A stretch of 63,035 nucleotides of DNA, counting the filler, from Stramenopiles sp. TOSAG23-3 (Eukaryota), in assembly GCA_900128585.1 (NCBI GenBank). It is 12 parts of 12 records of this genome, joined end to end, with 100 filler letters (N's around TTAATTAATTAA, not from the genome) between each part and the next. Parts side by side here need not be neighbours in the genome. Positions count along the whole stretch, not along the records: positions 6,641 to 13,179 come from LT643297.1; positions 13,280 to 19,810 come from LT643298.1; positions 19,911 to 26,435 come from LT643299.1; 9 more parts are not named here. One strand, given 5' to 3'. The notes under the pieces are model-generated. The model was not told the DNA's origin and searched no databases. It saw nothing but the letters and a program-made list of their open reading frames with translations. Numbering within the stretch: position 1 is the stretch's first letter; the number at the start of each line of letters is the position of its first letter. The translations under genes were made by a program, and so were the position numbers. Shown piece after piece: positions 10,601-20,257 of the stretch.

Positions 10601-12263
10601 CCTTTACATGACGTACAATGGCACGGAGCACGACTTAGAGCCCGATCAAGGCTCGATGGTCCTCGGCAGTGGGACCTACCGGATCGGCAGCAGCGTCGAA
10701 TTCGATTGGTGCAGCGTCAGCGCCATTCGCACGCTACGGAGCGTCGGGCGGAACACGGTCGTCGTGAATTGCAACCCCGAGACCGTCAGCACCGACTACG
10801 ACGAGTGCGACCGCTTGTACTTTGAAGAGTTGAGCAAAGAGCGCGTCCTAGACATTTACGAACGAGAGCAGTGCGACAACGCTATCGTAAGCGTGGGCGG
10901 CCAGATCCCGAACGGCTTGGCGATGCCTCTTCACCAGTGTGGGGTCAACATTATCGGAACGGCGCCTGAAATGATCGATGGTGCAGAGGACAGGAAACAG
11001 TTTTCGGACATGTGCGACCGCAACGGCATCGACCAGCCGGCGTGGAGGGAGATGACCTCCATCGAAGACGCCTTTTCGTTCGCGGAAGACGTGGGGTACC
11101 CCGTCCTGGTCCGCCCCTCCTACGTTCTAAGCGGTGCCGCCATGAACGTCGCGTACAACGCGGGCGAGCTGGCAGTGAACCTGCAGGCCGCCGAAGAAGT
11201 GTCCGCAGACAAACCGGTAGTTATCACCAAGTTTATCGAAGGCGGCCGCGAAATCGACGTCGACGCGGTTGCCAAAGACGGGGAAGTGGTCGTGCATGCA
11301 ATCTCGGAGCACGTCGAGAATGCTGGGATCCACAGTGGGGACGCAACTTTGATGCTTCCGGCCCAGACGATCCCAGAGGAAGAGTTAGCGCTTGTTAGAC
11401 AAACCGTGCAAAAGGTTGCCCGTGCCCTGAACATCACCGGGCCCTACAACATGCAGCTGATTGCCAAAGGCGGAGAAATCAAGATTATTGAAACGAACGT
11501 CAGGGCCTCCCGCACGTTCCCGTTTAGCAGCAAAACTATGGGCGTCGATTTCATCGAGTGCGCCACTAGGGCGATGATTGGCGAGCCAATCAAGGACTTG
11601 CCGGACGGGGTCAAGATGAATGCGGACGGCTCGTGCCCGGAAAACCTTTACCCGCGCGAGTACGTCGGTGTGAAATCGCCGATGTTCTCGTTCAAACGGT
11701 TGCTTGGGGCGGACCCTACGCTCGGAGTGGAGATGTCCTCGACGGGCGAGGTTGCCTGTTACGGGGCAACCAAGGAAGAGGCGTTTCTTAAGTCCATGCT
11801 AGCGACTACTTTCCCCATGCCGAAGAAATCGGTCCTGGTCTCCATTCAAGAAAGGCTTCGGGACGATTTTCTCCCTTCGGTTCGAAAGTTTAAAGCCCTT
11901 GGCTACGAGATTTTTGCCACGGAGCAGACGGCAGCGTACCTGAAGGAAAACGGCATCGACACGACGGAGCTTTCCTGGCCCGACGGTGAGAACAAAACCG
12001 AAAACATTGAAACGTTCATCCGGGACGGAAAAATTGACCTGGTCCTGATGTTTGCAAACACGTTTAGCGAGCGGGTCAAGACGAACTACGACATCAGGCG
12101 GTTAGCAGTCGATTTTGGGGTACCGTTGCTGACGAACATTCAAATCGCGCAGCTGCTTGCTGACTCGATCGAAAAACACAAAGCTTGCCAGGCCAAGGGG
12201 GTCGAGTTTATGGAGTGCAAAACGTTGCGAGAGTATTATGACATGGAGGCTAACAGCAAGTAA
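7662..12263 (+). CDS. CPS1: Mitochondrial carbamoyl-phosphate synthase, fused glutaminase + synthetase (CPS I/III, urea-cycle type)
   Basis: GEVVFNTGMVGY, LSNGPGDP, GICMGNQ, QFHPE (GATase); GSGGLSIGQAGEFDYSG and NPETVSTDYD (synthetase); C-terminal MGS-like domain; no DHO/ATCase domains follow. ATG 7662 gives an Arg-rich, acid-free presequence MLSRAARQVPKRTKK. Confidence 0.95.
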   Translation: MLSRAARQVPKRTKKIHASAFYTNLAKRTGPLRAVKPDPTTVGASTSGTKAILELEDGSSWVGTSFGYEGDTFHGEVVFNTGMVGYTESLTDPSYHGQFLISTYPLVGNYGVPGAAPKDEHGIPLNMESDRIWAAAFLAQDYTHAHSHWNSEKSLSQWLVEEKVPGIYGLDTRAITKRIRDKGAMLARIRFDPDMYGAAEAGDATFENPNTRNLIAEVSNDKVRVFGEGNSVKILAVDCGIKNNMIRHLCDRDCEIKVVPWDHDITKEPYDGLFLSNGPGDPEMAATTTEFVRQIVSGEAGVNPNHPIFGICMGNQLLGTAAGAKTYKMPFGNRGQNVPVLNLLTGACTITPQNHGYALDADALPDGWAPLFVNRNDGTNEGIYHKEKPFFSAQFHPESRGGPTDTEHFFDLFVKMSREKAAFGSVGAYFQKISEKRVEKPPMPKKVLMLGSGGLSIGQAGEFDYSGSQAIKALKEEGIHTVLMNPNIASVQTNLEGEQQADTVYFMPVTPEYVEKVIEKENVDGIVLSMGGQTALNCGVEMYEAGIFDKHNVRVLGTQIEAIMDTEDRDRFSQKLSEIGESMAPSLAVKSVEAALEAAETIGYPCMIRSAYALGGLGSGICINREVMKDMAAKALATSPQILVEKSMLGWKELEYEVVRDCEDNCITVCNMENFDPLGVHTGDSIVIAPSQTLSNDEYHMLREVALKTVRHMGIIGECNIQYALHPTSKEYCIIEINPRLSRSSALASKATGYPLAFVAAKLALGHELPDLRNSVTETTTACFEPSLDYVVCKVPRWDLEKFDLVSRSIGSAMKSVGEVMAVGRTFEESMQKALRMVDGSVVGFDDHGYVPESDEELEGRLINPSDTRINAIAYALKHGWSVQKIHDLTDIDPWYLHRLSGIIEAGRRVEAVGTLHGLKKSDVKRAKQLGFSDAQIASRLQCGSHEDDVRAVRRDEFGIVPVVKQIDTMAAEYPAATNYLYMTYNGTEHDLEPDQGSMVLGSGTYRIGSSVEFDWCSVSAIRTLRSVGRNTVVVNCNPETVSTDYDECDRLYFEELSKERVLDIYEREQCDNAIVSVGGQIPNGLAMPLHQCGVNIIGTAPEMIDGAEDRKQFSDMCDRNGIDQPAWREMTSIEDAFSFAEDVGYPVLVRPSYVLSGAAMNVAYNAGELAVNLQAAEEVSADKPVVITKFIEGGREIDVDAVAKDGEVVVHAISEHVENAGIHSGDATLMLPAQTIPEEELALVRQTVQKVARALNITGPYNMQLIAKGGEIKIIETNVRASRTFPFSSKTMGVDFIECATRAMIGEPIKDLPDGVKMNADGSCPENLYPREYVGVKSPMFSFKRLLGADPTLGVEMSSTGEVACYGATKEEAFLKSMLATTFPMPKKSVLVSIQERLRDDFLPSVRKFKALGYEIFATEQTAAYLKENGIDTTELSWPDGENKTENIETFIRDGKIDLVLMFANTFSERVKTNYDIRRLAVDFGVPLLTNIQIAQLLADSIEKHKACQAKGVEFMECKTLREYYDMEANSK

Positions 12264-12716
12264 TTTAAAGAAACACGCTCCCTATTAACCCGATTATTAG
12301 TAAGACAATTTCAAGAAGTGTTGTTAAGCCTTTTTCTGAAATTTAAATAAATATGATAAAAAAAAGAGCTTTTTTTCCTCCATCATCATCATCTCATGCT
12401 CCCATCATCATCATATCTCATCATCTCATTCTGCTAATAATACCTGTACACCACACACCACACCACCAACCTTCGTTCTTTTTTTCTTCTTTTTTTTCTT
12501 CTTCTTATTATTCTCTTCTTTCTTCTTTCTTCTTGCTTCAAAATCAAAAAAACAACAAGAAGAATTCACTTTCTTCTCTTCTAATAAGAAAATAAAAACA
12601 TGGAACAAACCATTTCATAAGATAGATACCATTTATAAGAAAAAAACAAAGTAAAATAAAGCATCAATGTATTCTTAATTCCCAACATACAACAGTTCCA
12701 AATTAAAAGGAGAATT

Positions 12717-13179
12717 ATGGCAAGTTTATTAGTTGAGAGTGATGAGAAAAGGAGGAAGATAAGTGAGGACGAGGACAGCATCAGGGCACTGAAGGAGCTC
12801 CCGGATGCGTTACTTGTATTCGTAATGGACTTTCTTTGTGGGGATTTTAAGTGTTGGGCAAGTCTTTTGGGAACGTGTAAATATGTTCACGACCGTCATG
12901 TCGATAACTTGGTAAAACTGAAAGTATTGTGGGAAAAGGCACAAAGTATTGAGTGTTCGGGCAGAGGACAAAGAGCACTGTATAACTGTTATTTTTATCC
13001 CACGGTCAGTTTGTACAATACGGACATTGGTGCTGAAGGGGCAAAATATGTTGCAGAGGCGTTGAAAGTGAATACTTCGTTGACAGAGATTGATTTGGGA
13101 GATAACAACATTGGTGCTGAAGGGGCAAAATATGTTGCAGAGGCGTTGAAAGTGAATACTTCGTTGACAGAGATTCATT
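12717..13179 (+). CDS. F-box-like + RI-type 28-aa leucine-rich repeat protein, 3' truncated by contig end
   Basis: LKELPDALLVFVMDFL (F-box-like), followed by two IGAEGAKYVAEALKVNTSLTEI repeats with an 84-nt period. Confidence 0.8.
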
Positions 13180-13556
13180 NNNNNNNNNNNNNNNNNNNNN
13201 NNNNNNNNNNNNNNNNNNNNNNNTTAATTAATTAANNNNNNNNNNNNNNNNNNNNNNNNNNNNNNNNNNNNNNNNNNNNTACTTAGTTCAGCACATCGTG
13301 AGAATTATTGAGTATAACAAAAGTGCCCAGTGCGCAGGGGAGAACGCGAACTAACAGCAACAAGGTGCGTTAGAAATTATTGTTCTCGGTACAGATACAA
13401 AAGAAATAATTTCTGATTTATTTGAAGAGAGAGAGAGAGAGTAAGAATCAATCTGGTGTGTAATCCATTGCTGTTTGTAATTTCGTTCGTCTCTTCTTCG
13501 GTTCCGTTTCGTGCGTTGTCACTTAGTTGTTGTTGTAACGGCCGGCCAGGGAGAGA

Positions 13557-14477
13557 ATGTCTGGTTTCTTTACCTCTACCCCAAGCTTCCTGTCTAAGAT
13601 AGCAAAGCATATCGAAGACGGGGCAACTGCCGCAAAAAACTTCAGTCCCTCCGATGCTGCGAAGGCGTTGCAAGAGAAAGCCATGAGCACCCACGAAGAG
13701 TTTCTGAAAGAGCACGACCGGTACATGAGAGACACGGGGAAAGAAGTGTCCGACAGGCTGCCGTGGGAAGAAGTAGTCGACCCGAAAGAAGAGGCAATAG
13801 TCAAACGAAAAATATTGGCGTTGAGCAAGGACGAGCGCAGTTTCATCGAGCCTCCGCCAGAAGATACAAACTTTCACTTCGTGTACGACGATTACTCTGT
13901 CGTCGCCATGAAACTGATGGAGGCTGATCCCGACATAGGAAAGGCACGGTTTGCCTTGGTGCCAAGAAAAGTAAAGGAAGTCCATTTTTGGAGAAACTAT
14001 TTTTATAGAATCAGTCTTATCGTTGAAAATAGTGAACGGCATGGTCGCGGGGATCACTCGCCCGCGACATCCCCCACGCCGCCGGCTCAGAAGAATGCTG
14101 CCCTTGCAAGCGCAAAAGCGTACGAGCAAGCGCTTGATGCTGCCCTGGACGAAGACGAATGTTTTGACAATTTAGATGATGATGTCGCGCTTTTCGCGAG
14201 TGAAGAGCATGATTCCGCACGCGCGACGACGGGGGAACCGGGCAGCGGCGCAGGGAACGAGGACACCCTGGGTCCCCTCCTCGAAGCGCCCAAAGTGAGC
14301 TTGGCGGAAGTTGCGCCGGACGAGGAGGATGACTGGGAAAAACAGCTCGAAGAAGAGCTGAACCAGGGCCTTGGGGATGCGAACAATGTTGAGGACGGTT
14401 TTCAAATTGTTGATGGCGACGGGGAGGAGGATTTGGAGGAACGATTGGAGGCGGAACTGAACTTGGCAGACGACTGA
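13557..14477 (+). CDS. BSD-domain protein (SYAP1/SAP47-like)
   Basis: ARFALVPRKVKEVHFWRNYFYRISLI BSD signature, preceded by LPWE..ILALSKDERSFIEPPP; acidic tail. Confidence 0.85.
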   Translation: MSGFFTSTPSFLSKIAKHIEDGATAAKNFSPSDAAKALQEKAMSTHEEFLKEHDRYMRDTGKEVSDRLPWEEVVDPKEEAIVKRKILALSKDERSFIEPPPEDTNFHFVYDDYSVVAMKLMEADPDIGKARFALVPRKVKEVHFWRNYFYRISLIVENSERHGRGDHSPATSPTPPAQKNAALASAKAYEQALDAALDEDECFDNLDDDVALFASEEHDSARATTGEPGSGAGNEDTLGPLLEAPKVSLAEVAPDEEDDWEKQLEEELNQGLGDANNVEDGFQIVDGDGEEDLEERLEAELNLADD

Positions 14478-14656
14478 TTTTTGCCCCGTTGTTGTCCTTT
14501 CTGTCTCCCCCTTCTTTTAAAAACTAATAGTAGTAAATATGGCGCGTGTCGAGATGGTGTACTGTAAGCTTGTAAAACTGTGCCAGTAATTAGTTATCTT
14601 TACGAAATTTGTGTCTGCAAAAAAAAGTGAAATTACGCGTATGTACAAACGTTCGG

Positions 14657-14911
14657 TCATCGTTGACCAGCCTCCTCCTTCCTTCTCTTTACCTTTTCCC
14701 GGAGACGGTCAAGGGCAAGCTGATTCTTTTTCGTCAACTCGTCAAACTTTGGGTCTGCTTTTGCCCTCTTCTCTAATACCCTCTTTTTGTCGAAAGAGAT
14801 AACGTCGGGTATGCGCCTTGCAAAAACCAGCGCCCCAGTCATAGACATAATGAACCCAGATAAGAATATGTAATTCTTAAACGTCCACTTTTTGAATGGG
14901 TTGGAGGCCAT
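14657..14911 (-). CDS. Small (84 aa) single-pass membrane protein, function unknown
   Basis: ATG 14911; one hydrophobic segment (YIFLSGFIMSMTGALVFA) followed by a basic helical tail. Confidence 0.55.
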   Translation of the reverse strand: MASNPFKKWTFKNYIFLSGFIMSMTGALVFARRIPDVISFDKKRVLEKRAKADPKFDELTKKNQLALDRLREKVKRRKEEAGQR

Positions 14912-15455
14912 CGTTGCCTTGCTACTTAAACTACTCCGCAAAAACAACACCAACCGAGGGGAATGGGAATAGAATCCTAATCACTGAATGCCTTCTGATT
15001 AAAGCCATGGAGGGCGGGGGGGCCCGTTCAAATCAATTACTTTTAATCGTTTGATTGGTTACATATGTGTATCAATATGACAGGAAGACTGAGGTGTAAT
15101 ATTTCGTTAGTTATTTATTATTATATTATTTCAACAACCACCATCCAACATCATCAAATTTTATAAAAGGTAAACCACACCACCATCACAACCAACCACC
15201 AGATTACCAGATCACCCTCTCTGGAATTATTATTAGTTTTTCAACAAGTTGCATGTCGAAAATTAGTACAATACATGAGCACAGCATCTAAGAAAAATAA
15301 AGGGACAAAAAAATATTATTTGAGAAACACGAAAGAAATTTTATGGTCTGACCGAAAGGAAAGTTGCCGTACACACCATGAATTCAATATCTTTCAAACT
15401 CTCCCAAAGTAAACATATAGGATTGCCTATCTCCACCGCTTCTAGAGCGAAATGT

Positions 15456-17036
15456 TCATGACTCTTTGAAAAGGACACGGATAGGGATCCCTTCTAAATC
15501 AAACTCCTCTTTTAGCAGATTTGAAAGAAAACGAACGTACGACTCTGGGACCTTCCCAGCATTTCGTACAAAAAACGTAAACATAGGCGGCCTAGTGTTT
15601 GTTTGAGATCCGTACTTTATTCTATGCCTCCCTGGGGGCGGTTTATACCTTTGCACGTCTTGAAGCCACCGGTTTAATTTTCCCGTGCTCACCCGTATGT
15701 TCCAACGGTCGTAGGTGCGCAGCACCTCGTCCAAAATCTCTTCCGTGCCTTCGCCCGTCAGTGCAGATATCGGAATCACCGGTGCCCCTCGCGCGTCCGG
15801 TATGGTATCGTTTATTATGTCTTCCACGGACTCTTTTATAAAATTGTAAGGGGTGATGCCTACGATGTCGTGCTCCTTCGCCATCTCCGCTGCGGATTCT
15901 TCCATTTCATCGCACTTGTTGGCTAGAATGATCAATCCCCGGCCTTCCTCACAAATCTGTCCGATCAAAGCTTTGTCATCCCTCGTCGGTGGGCTTGTCG
16001 CATCGGTCATGAACAATACAATCTGGGCAAACCGCAGGGCGTGCGATGCCTCGTACGCGGACAACTGCTCAATCGACACAGCCTTCGATTTCAGCGAAGC
16101 GCGTACAAGCCTGCGAATACCTGCCGTGTCGATTAAGCGAATCGTTTTGTCCTTGTACAGCCAATCGACTCGCACTGCATCGCGAGTAACCCCCGCCATT
16201 GGGCCCGTGAGCACCCGATTGGAATTCGTTATCGTATTCACTAATGTTGACTTTCCTGCGTTTGGCTTTCCGACTATCGCGACATTGACCAACGCCAATT
16301 CTTCCGTCGGTGTGTCTGCAGCGACATCGGTGCTTTCGTTGCCTTCTCCCGCATCGTTCTCCAACGGGATTAGTTCCTGGTACAAATCCCCGAGCCCATG
16401 CCCACTTTCGCCAGAAATAAAGACTGGCGTGCCAAATCCGAGCTTCTCACAGTCTTCCATCAACATGTCAAAGTGCTCTCCCTCGTGCACTCTGTCTACT
16501 TTGTTCACCGCAAGAATACACGGCACCTTCGGCGCTTCCCTGTGCATCCAGCGTGCGAAGTGCTCGTCTACGGCGGTGACGCCTGAAATACCATCGATAA
16601 GGAATAGGACCAAGTTTGACATTGACATCGCCTCTCTGGTCAAATCCATCATCTCCTTCTCGAGGGCCAAGGTCGTGTCCTCCAACCCCGCCGTATCGAT
16701 TACTTCGAACGATATATCCCCAACACTACCAACCGCCTTTCTAAAATCGCGAGTCGTTCCAGCCACGTCATTTACAATGGCAAGCTTCTTTTGGACCAAA
16801 CGGTTAAACAAACGAGACTTTCCAACATTCGGCCGCCCCACGAGAGCAACCACGGGCAGCTTCTCCTTGGGTATGATATTGCCCGTCTTCCCTTGGCGCT
16901 TTTGCCTGTCCAACCGTTGAAGTTTGCGCCGTTCTTTCTTGTTATGCGTTCCGCTCCGCTTGTAACGACACTGATACGGGGGAACCACCCTAGAGGTCGA
17001 CCTCCACGTCCCCAAAGGCAACATGCGACGGAACAT
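15456..17036 (-). CDS. der: Der/EngA double GTPase, organellar (probably mitochondrial)
   Basis: Two G domains (GRPNVGKS, GTTRD, DTAG, NKVD; GKPNAGKS, GVTRD, DTAG, NKCD) and a KH-like C-terminus (IKYGSQTNTRPPMF). Arg-rich presequence from ATG 17036. Confidence 0.95.
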   Translation of the reverse strand: MFRRMLPLGTWRSTSRVVPPYQCRYKRSGTHNKKERRKLQRLDRQKRQGKTGNIIPKEKLPVVALVGRPNVGKSRLFNRLVQKKLAIVNDVAGTTRDFRKAVGSVGDISFEVIDTAGLEDTTLALEKEMMDLTREAMSMSNLVLFLIDGISGVTAVDEHFARWMHREAPKVPCILAVNKVDRVHEGEHFDMLMEDCEKLGFGTPVFISGESGHGLGDLYQELIPLENDAGEGNESTDVAADTPTEELALVNVAIVGKPNAGKSTLVNTITNSNRVLTGPMAGVTRDAVRVDWLYKDKTIRLIDTAGIRRLVRASLKSKAVSIEQLSAYEASHALRFAQIVLFMTDATSPPTRDDKALIGQICEEGRGLIILANKCDEMEESAAEMAKEHDIVGITPYNFIKESVEDIINDTIPDARGAPVIPISALTGEGTEEILDEVLRTYDRWNIRVSTGKLNRWLQDVQRYKPPPGRHRIKYGSQTNTRPPMFTFFVRNAGKVPESYVRFLSNLLKEEFDLEGIPIRVLFKES

Positions 17037-17729
17037 CCGGCCAACGTGCAAAAATAGTTTTACGCTCAACCTAGGACCGGAATCAAATATATGGTGTGTG
17101 CAGCACAACCCTTTCAATTTTACTTCAAAGTTTTGAACGTTCCGCACTTCGGAAAAAATCGTTGCGTTGTTGGCCCAATAGTCTTCTTACTTTTTGCTGT
17201 TCGCTTTTGTTTTTCTTTTGTCATTGGCACAATTGTTCCTATGCAATAAAATTCCGTAAACAACAGATTGATAAAAATTAAATACACCATCGAGTAACCG
17301 AGTACAGAATATCTCTTCTTTCGTTCTTCTGATGATACAAAAAAAAAAACCGAATATCATCTACAAACAACAGAGTCCCAAGGTCAGACGGAGTGAAGTG
17401 GAGGTGGTGGAGGAAAATTGAAAATTATATGGTTTCATAGGTGGTAATCATACTTATTAGATGATACTAGACTAGTAATTACAATTGGTTCACCATCATA
17501 TTATCGCATCATCCACATATTTTATACAACAAAACTGTAATCATCCAACACAATCAAGAATCATCGAATCATCGAAGTCGCGTCCGTCGCACCACCGTGA
17601 TTTATATGTATGGAAAGATAGAAGTCAAAATAAACCTGCATCGACCGTTCATATTCCCGACGCCGTAAACACGTAGCAATACTCCAGGACTTAAACTTCA
17701 CTTCGCGGGCCCAAAAACGTTGACTCTCG

Positions 17730-19244
17730 ATGTCAAGGTTGCCTGCAGTTCGGGTGAGGTTTGCACCGTCCCCAACGGGGCAGCTGCATATTGGGGGGTT
17801 GCGAACTGCTCTTTTCAATTCTCTTTTTGCACGGCAATCGAATGGATCGATGATTTTAAGAATTGAAGATACAGATCAGAAGCGAACTGTAGACGGGGCT
17901 GTTGAAAATTTGCAGAAGATGCTGACCTGGGCTGGCATAGACATTGATGAAGGGCCGTTTTCCGCGGGGGCAGACTCGAACGCGTACGGCCCCTTTACGC
18001 AGTCGGAACGGCTGGATTTGTACCGTGACAGAGCGTACGAGCTGGTGGACAGAGGCTTTGCGTACCCTTGTTTTTGCACGGAGAGCCGGCTTAATGTTAT
18101 GCGCCACACCCAGAGATCGAAAGGGATGGGAAGCACAAAGTATGACCGCACTTGCCTGGGGCTGGACAAAAATGAATTTCAGACCCGCATCGACGCTGGT
18201 GAACCGCACACCATACGCATGATTATTCCCCGTGGTGATACTGTTGTCCAAGACGCGGTGCTGGGGAACGTAAAATTCGACCACGGGACCATTGACGACC
18301 AGATCCTTCTTAAAACGGATGGGTTTCCAACGTACCATCTGGCGAATGTCGTGGATGACCATTCGATGGACATCACACACGTAATTAGGGGCGAAGAGTG
18401 GCTGCCGTCCACCCCAAAGCACCTGCTGCTTTACAAATGGTTCGAATGGGACGCCCCAGTTTTTGCTCACCTGCCTCTTCTTTTGAACACAAAGCGTGCG
18501 AAGCTTTCCAAGCGGCACGGTGATGTCTCCGTAGAAGACTTTGTAGATAAAGGCTACCTGCCCGATGCACTGTGCAATTTCGTTGCCCTGCTCGGCTGGA
18601 ATCCCGGGGACGGGGATACCCAAGAAGTGTTCCTACCAGACGAACTTCTGTCAAAATTCAGCATGGGCGGAATCAATGCGGGGGGCGCGGTTGTGGATAC
18701 CAAAAAACTTGACCACCTTAACCGGGAGCATATTAAGCGGTTGTGCAGTGGATCTTCGGGTGACAAGAAATTTTTGAGAGAGTCTTCGCTTCCATTCCTC
18801 ACCAAGCATATAGGGCGCGACGCCGAACACTTGGGCGACGACGAATACGTTGAACGAGTGCTTACCGTATTGCAAGATCGAGTCCACACCTTGGATGACT
18901 TCGGTAAGTACGGGGCGTACTTTTTTAAAGAACCTGAGCTGGTTGGGAACGAAGATCTAGAATTAGAAAAAGATAACATCGATCTGGAGCACTGGAACGG
19001 TACAGCCAAGCCGTTAGTTCTGGACGGGCTATGGAAAGTTCCAGAATCCGAATTCCAAGCGGGAAACGTCCAGAAGGCATTAAAGGGCATATGTAAGGAG
19101 AATAAAATCGGTTTCAAAGCCGTTTTCAAACCCCTTCGTTTGCAGTTGACAGGTATGAAGGACGGTGCTGCGTTGCCAGAAATTATAGAACTTCTTGGCA
19201 AAAATGTTTGTATCGAACGACTTGAAGGTGCCAAGCTAGTTTAA
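17730..19244 (+). CDS. gltX: Glutamate-tRNA ligase, bacterial-type organellar (EARS2-like)
   Basis: VRVRFAPSPTGQLHIGG (HIGH), LRIEDTD, PTYHLANVVDD, IRGEEW, KLSKR (KMSKS equivalent). Confidence 0.96.
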   Translation: MSRLPAVRVRFAPSPTGQLHIGGLRTALFNSLFARQSNGSMILRIEDTDQKRTVDGAVENLQKMLTWAGIDIDEGPFSAGADSNAYGPFTQSERLDLYRDRAYELVDRGFAYPCFCTESRLNVMRHTQRSKGMGSTKYDRTCLGLDKNEFQTRIDAGEPHTIRMIIPRGDTVVQDAVLGNVKFDHGTIDDQILLKTDGFPTYHLANVVDDHSMDITHVIRGEEWLPSTPKHLLLYKWFEWDAPVFAHLPLLLNTKRAKLSKRHGDVSVEDFVDKGYLPDALCNFVALLGWNPGDGDTQEVFLPDELLSKFSMGGINAGGAVVDTKKLDHLNREHIKRLCSGSSGDKKFLRESSLPFLTKHIGRDAEHLGDDEYVERVLTVLQDRVHTLDDFGKYGAYFFKEPELVGNEDLELEKDNIDLEHWNGTAKPLVLDGLWKVPESEFQAGNVQKALKGICKENKIGFKAVFKPLRLQLTGMKDGAALPEIIELLGKNVCIERLEGAKLV

Positions 19245-19424
19245 GTAACGTGTGTACTCTTAAACCAATTTAAAAAGTTAGAACACCATTTTTCGTAAAA
19301 AAAATCAAAATATTAAACCAATAATCAACAATTACAAACCTCTTCTGCGACGTTTACAATAATTTATGTGAAATAAATAGAGTATAGGAGTAACTTGAGA
19401 TTTTAAGAAGATCAGGTAAGTAGT

Positions 19425-19635
19425 TTAAGCAGCCATTCTATTTTGTTTATTTAAAATTGAAATGAGCTAAAGCTAAGTTCGCAGTGCATTGAAAGAACGT
19501 AAACCTTTAATGGACAAAAGGGGCAGATTCATTTTCACGTTATTATATGATAAATTTTAATTAACACTTATTTATATAATTAATATTTGGTAATAAAATA
19601 TAACAACTAAACAACAGCAAATTTTTTTGTTTTTA
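19425..19635 (-). mobile_element. Degenerate copy of dispersed MITE-like repeat family
   Basis: Reverse complement reads GAAAATGAATCTGCCCCTTTTGTCCATTAAAGGTTTACGTTCTTTCAATGCACTGCGAACTTAGC, matching about 41850-41913. Confidence 0.75.
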
Positions 19636-20257
19636 AGTTGAAATAAACAGCTATCCAGTCGGTCATAAATGAAGGTATTATAAATGTTATTAGAGGAAGT
19701 TAAATTTTAAGTAGACTACTCTAAATCACTAAATAACATTAATACAGCAGCAGGAACTCCAATAGAAAACAAAAAGCCACAACCCCCCTGACTAAGTACA
19801 AAAAAAGATGNNNNNNNNNNNNNNNNNNNNNNNNNNNNNNNNNNNNNNNNNNNNTTAATTAATTAANNNNNNNNNNNNNNNNNNNNNNNNNNNNNNNNNN
19901 NNNNNNNNNNTTGGTCGTTCGTTGGGTTGCTGTTGTTTGCCCTGCTGTGTTATGCGGATTGCATTCCCCTCCTTTTTTTGGCGACACTATACGTATTTGT
20001 TTTATCTCCTCATTGTGTTGTTGTCTTGTGTGTTGTTGATGAAGAAGATTATTATTAAATTATTTATTTGATGAAAGGTACATTTTGGTCAAAAGGGGGA
20101 GGTGTCAAAGTCATAATGGAGTGCTCAAATAAATAAAACGTTTCAGTCCATTTTCTTCCCGCAGCCGCAGTTTCGTTTGAATCCATAAAGTGGTACAAGA
20201 ACGTTCACTCGCATCCTTGCCACAAACCGAGCCACCTCACCGGTCAATCGAAGCACA

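Noticed and set aside
12353-12608. Short F/S/K-rich ORFs in intergenic DNA (also 6589-6825, 7167-7418, 28523-28768)
   Set aside because: Translations of GAA/TTC microsatellite-rich spacers, not credible proteins.
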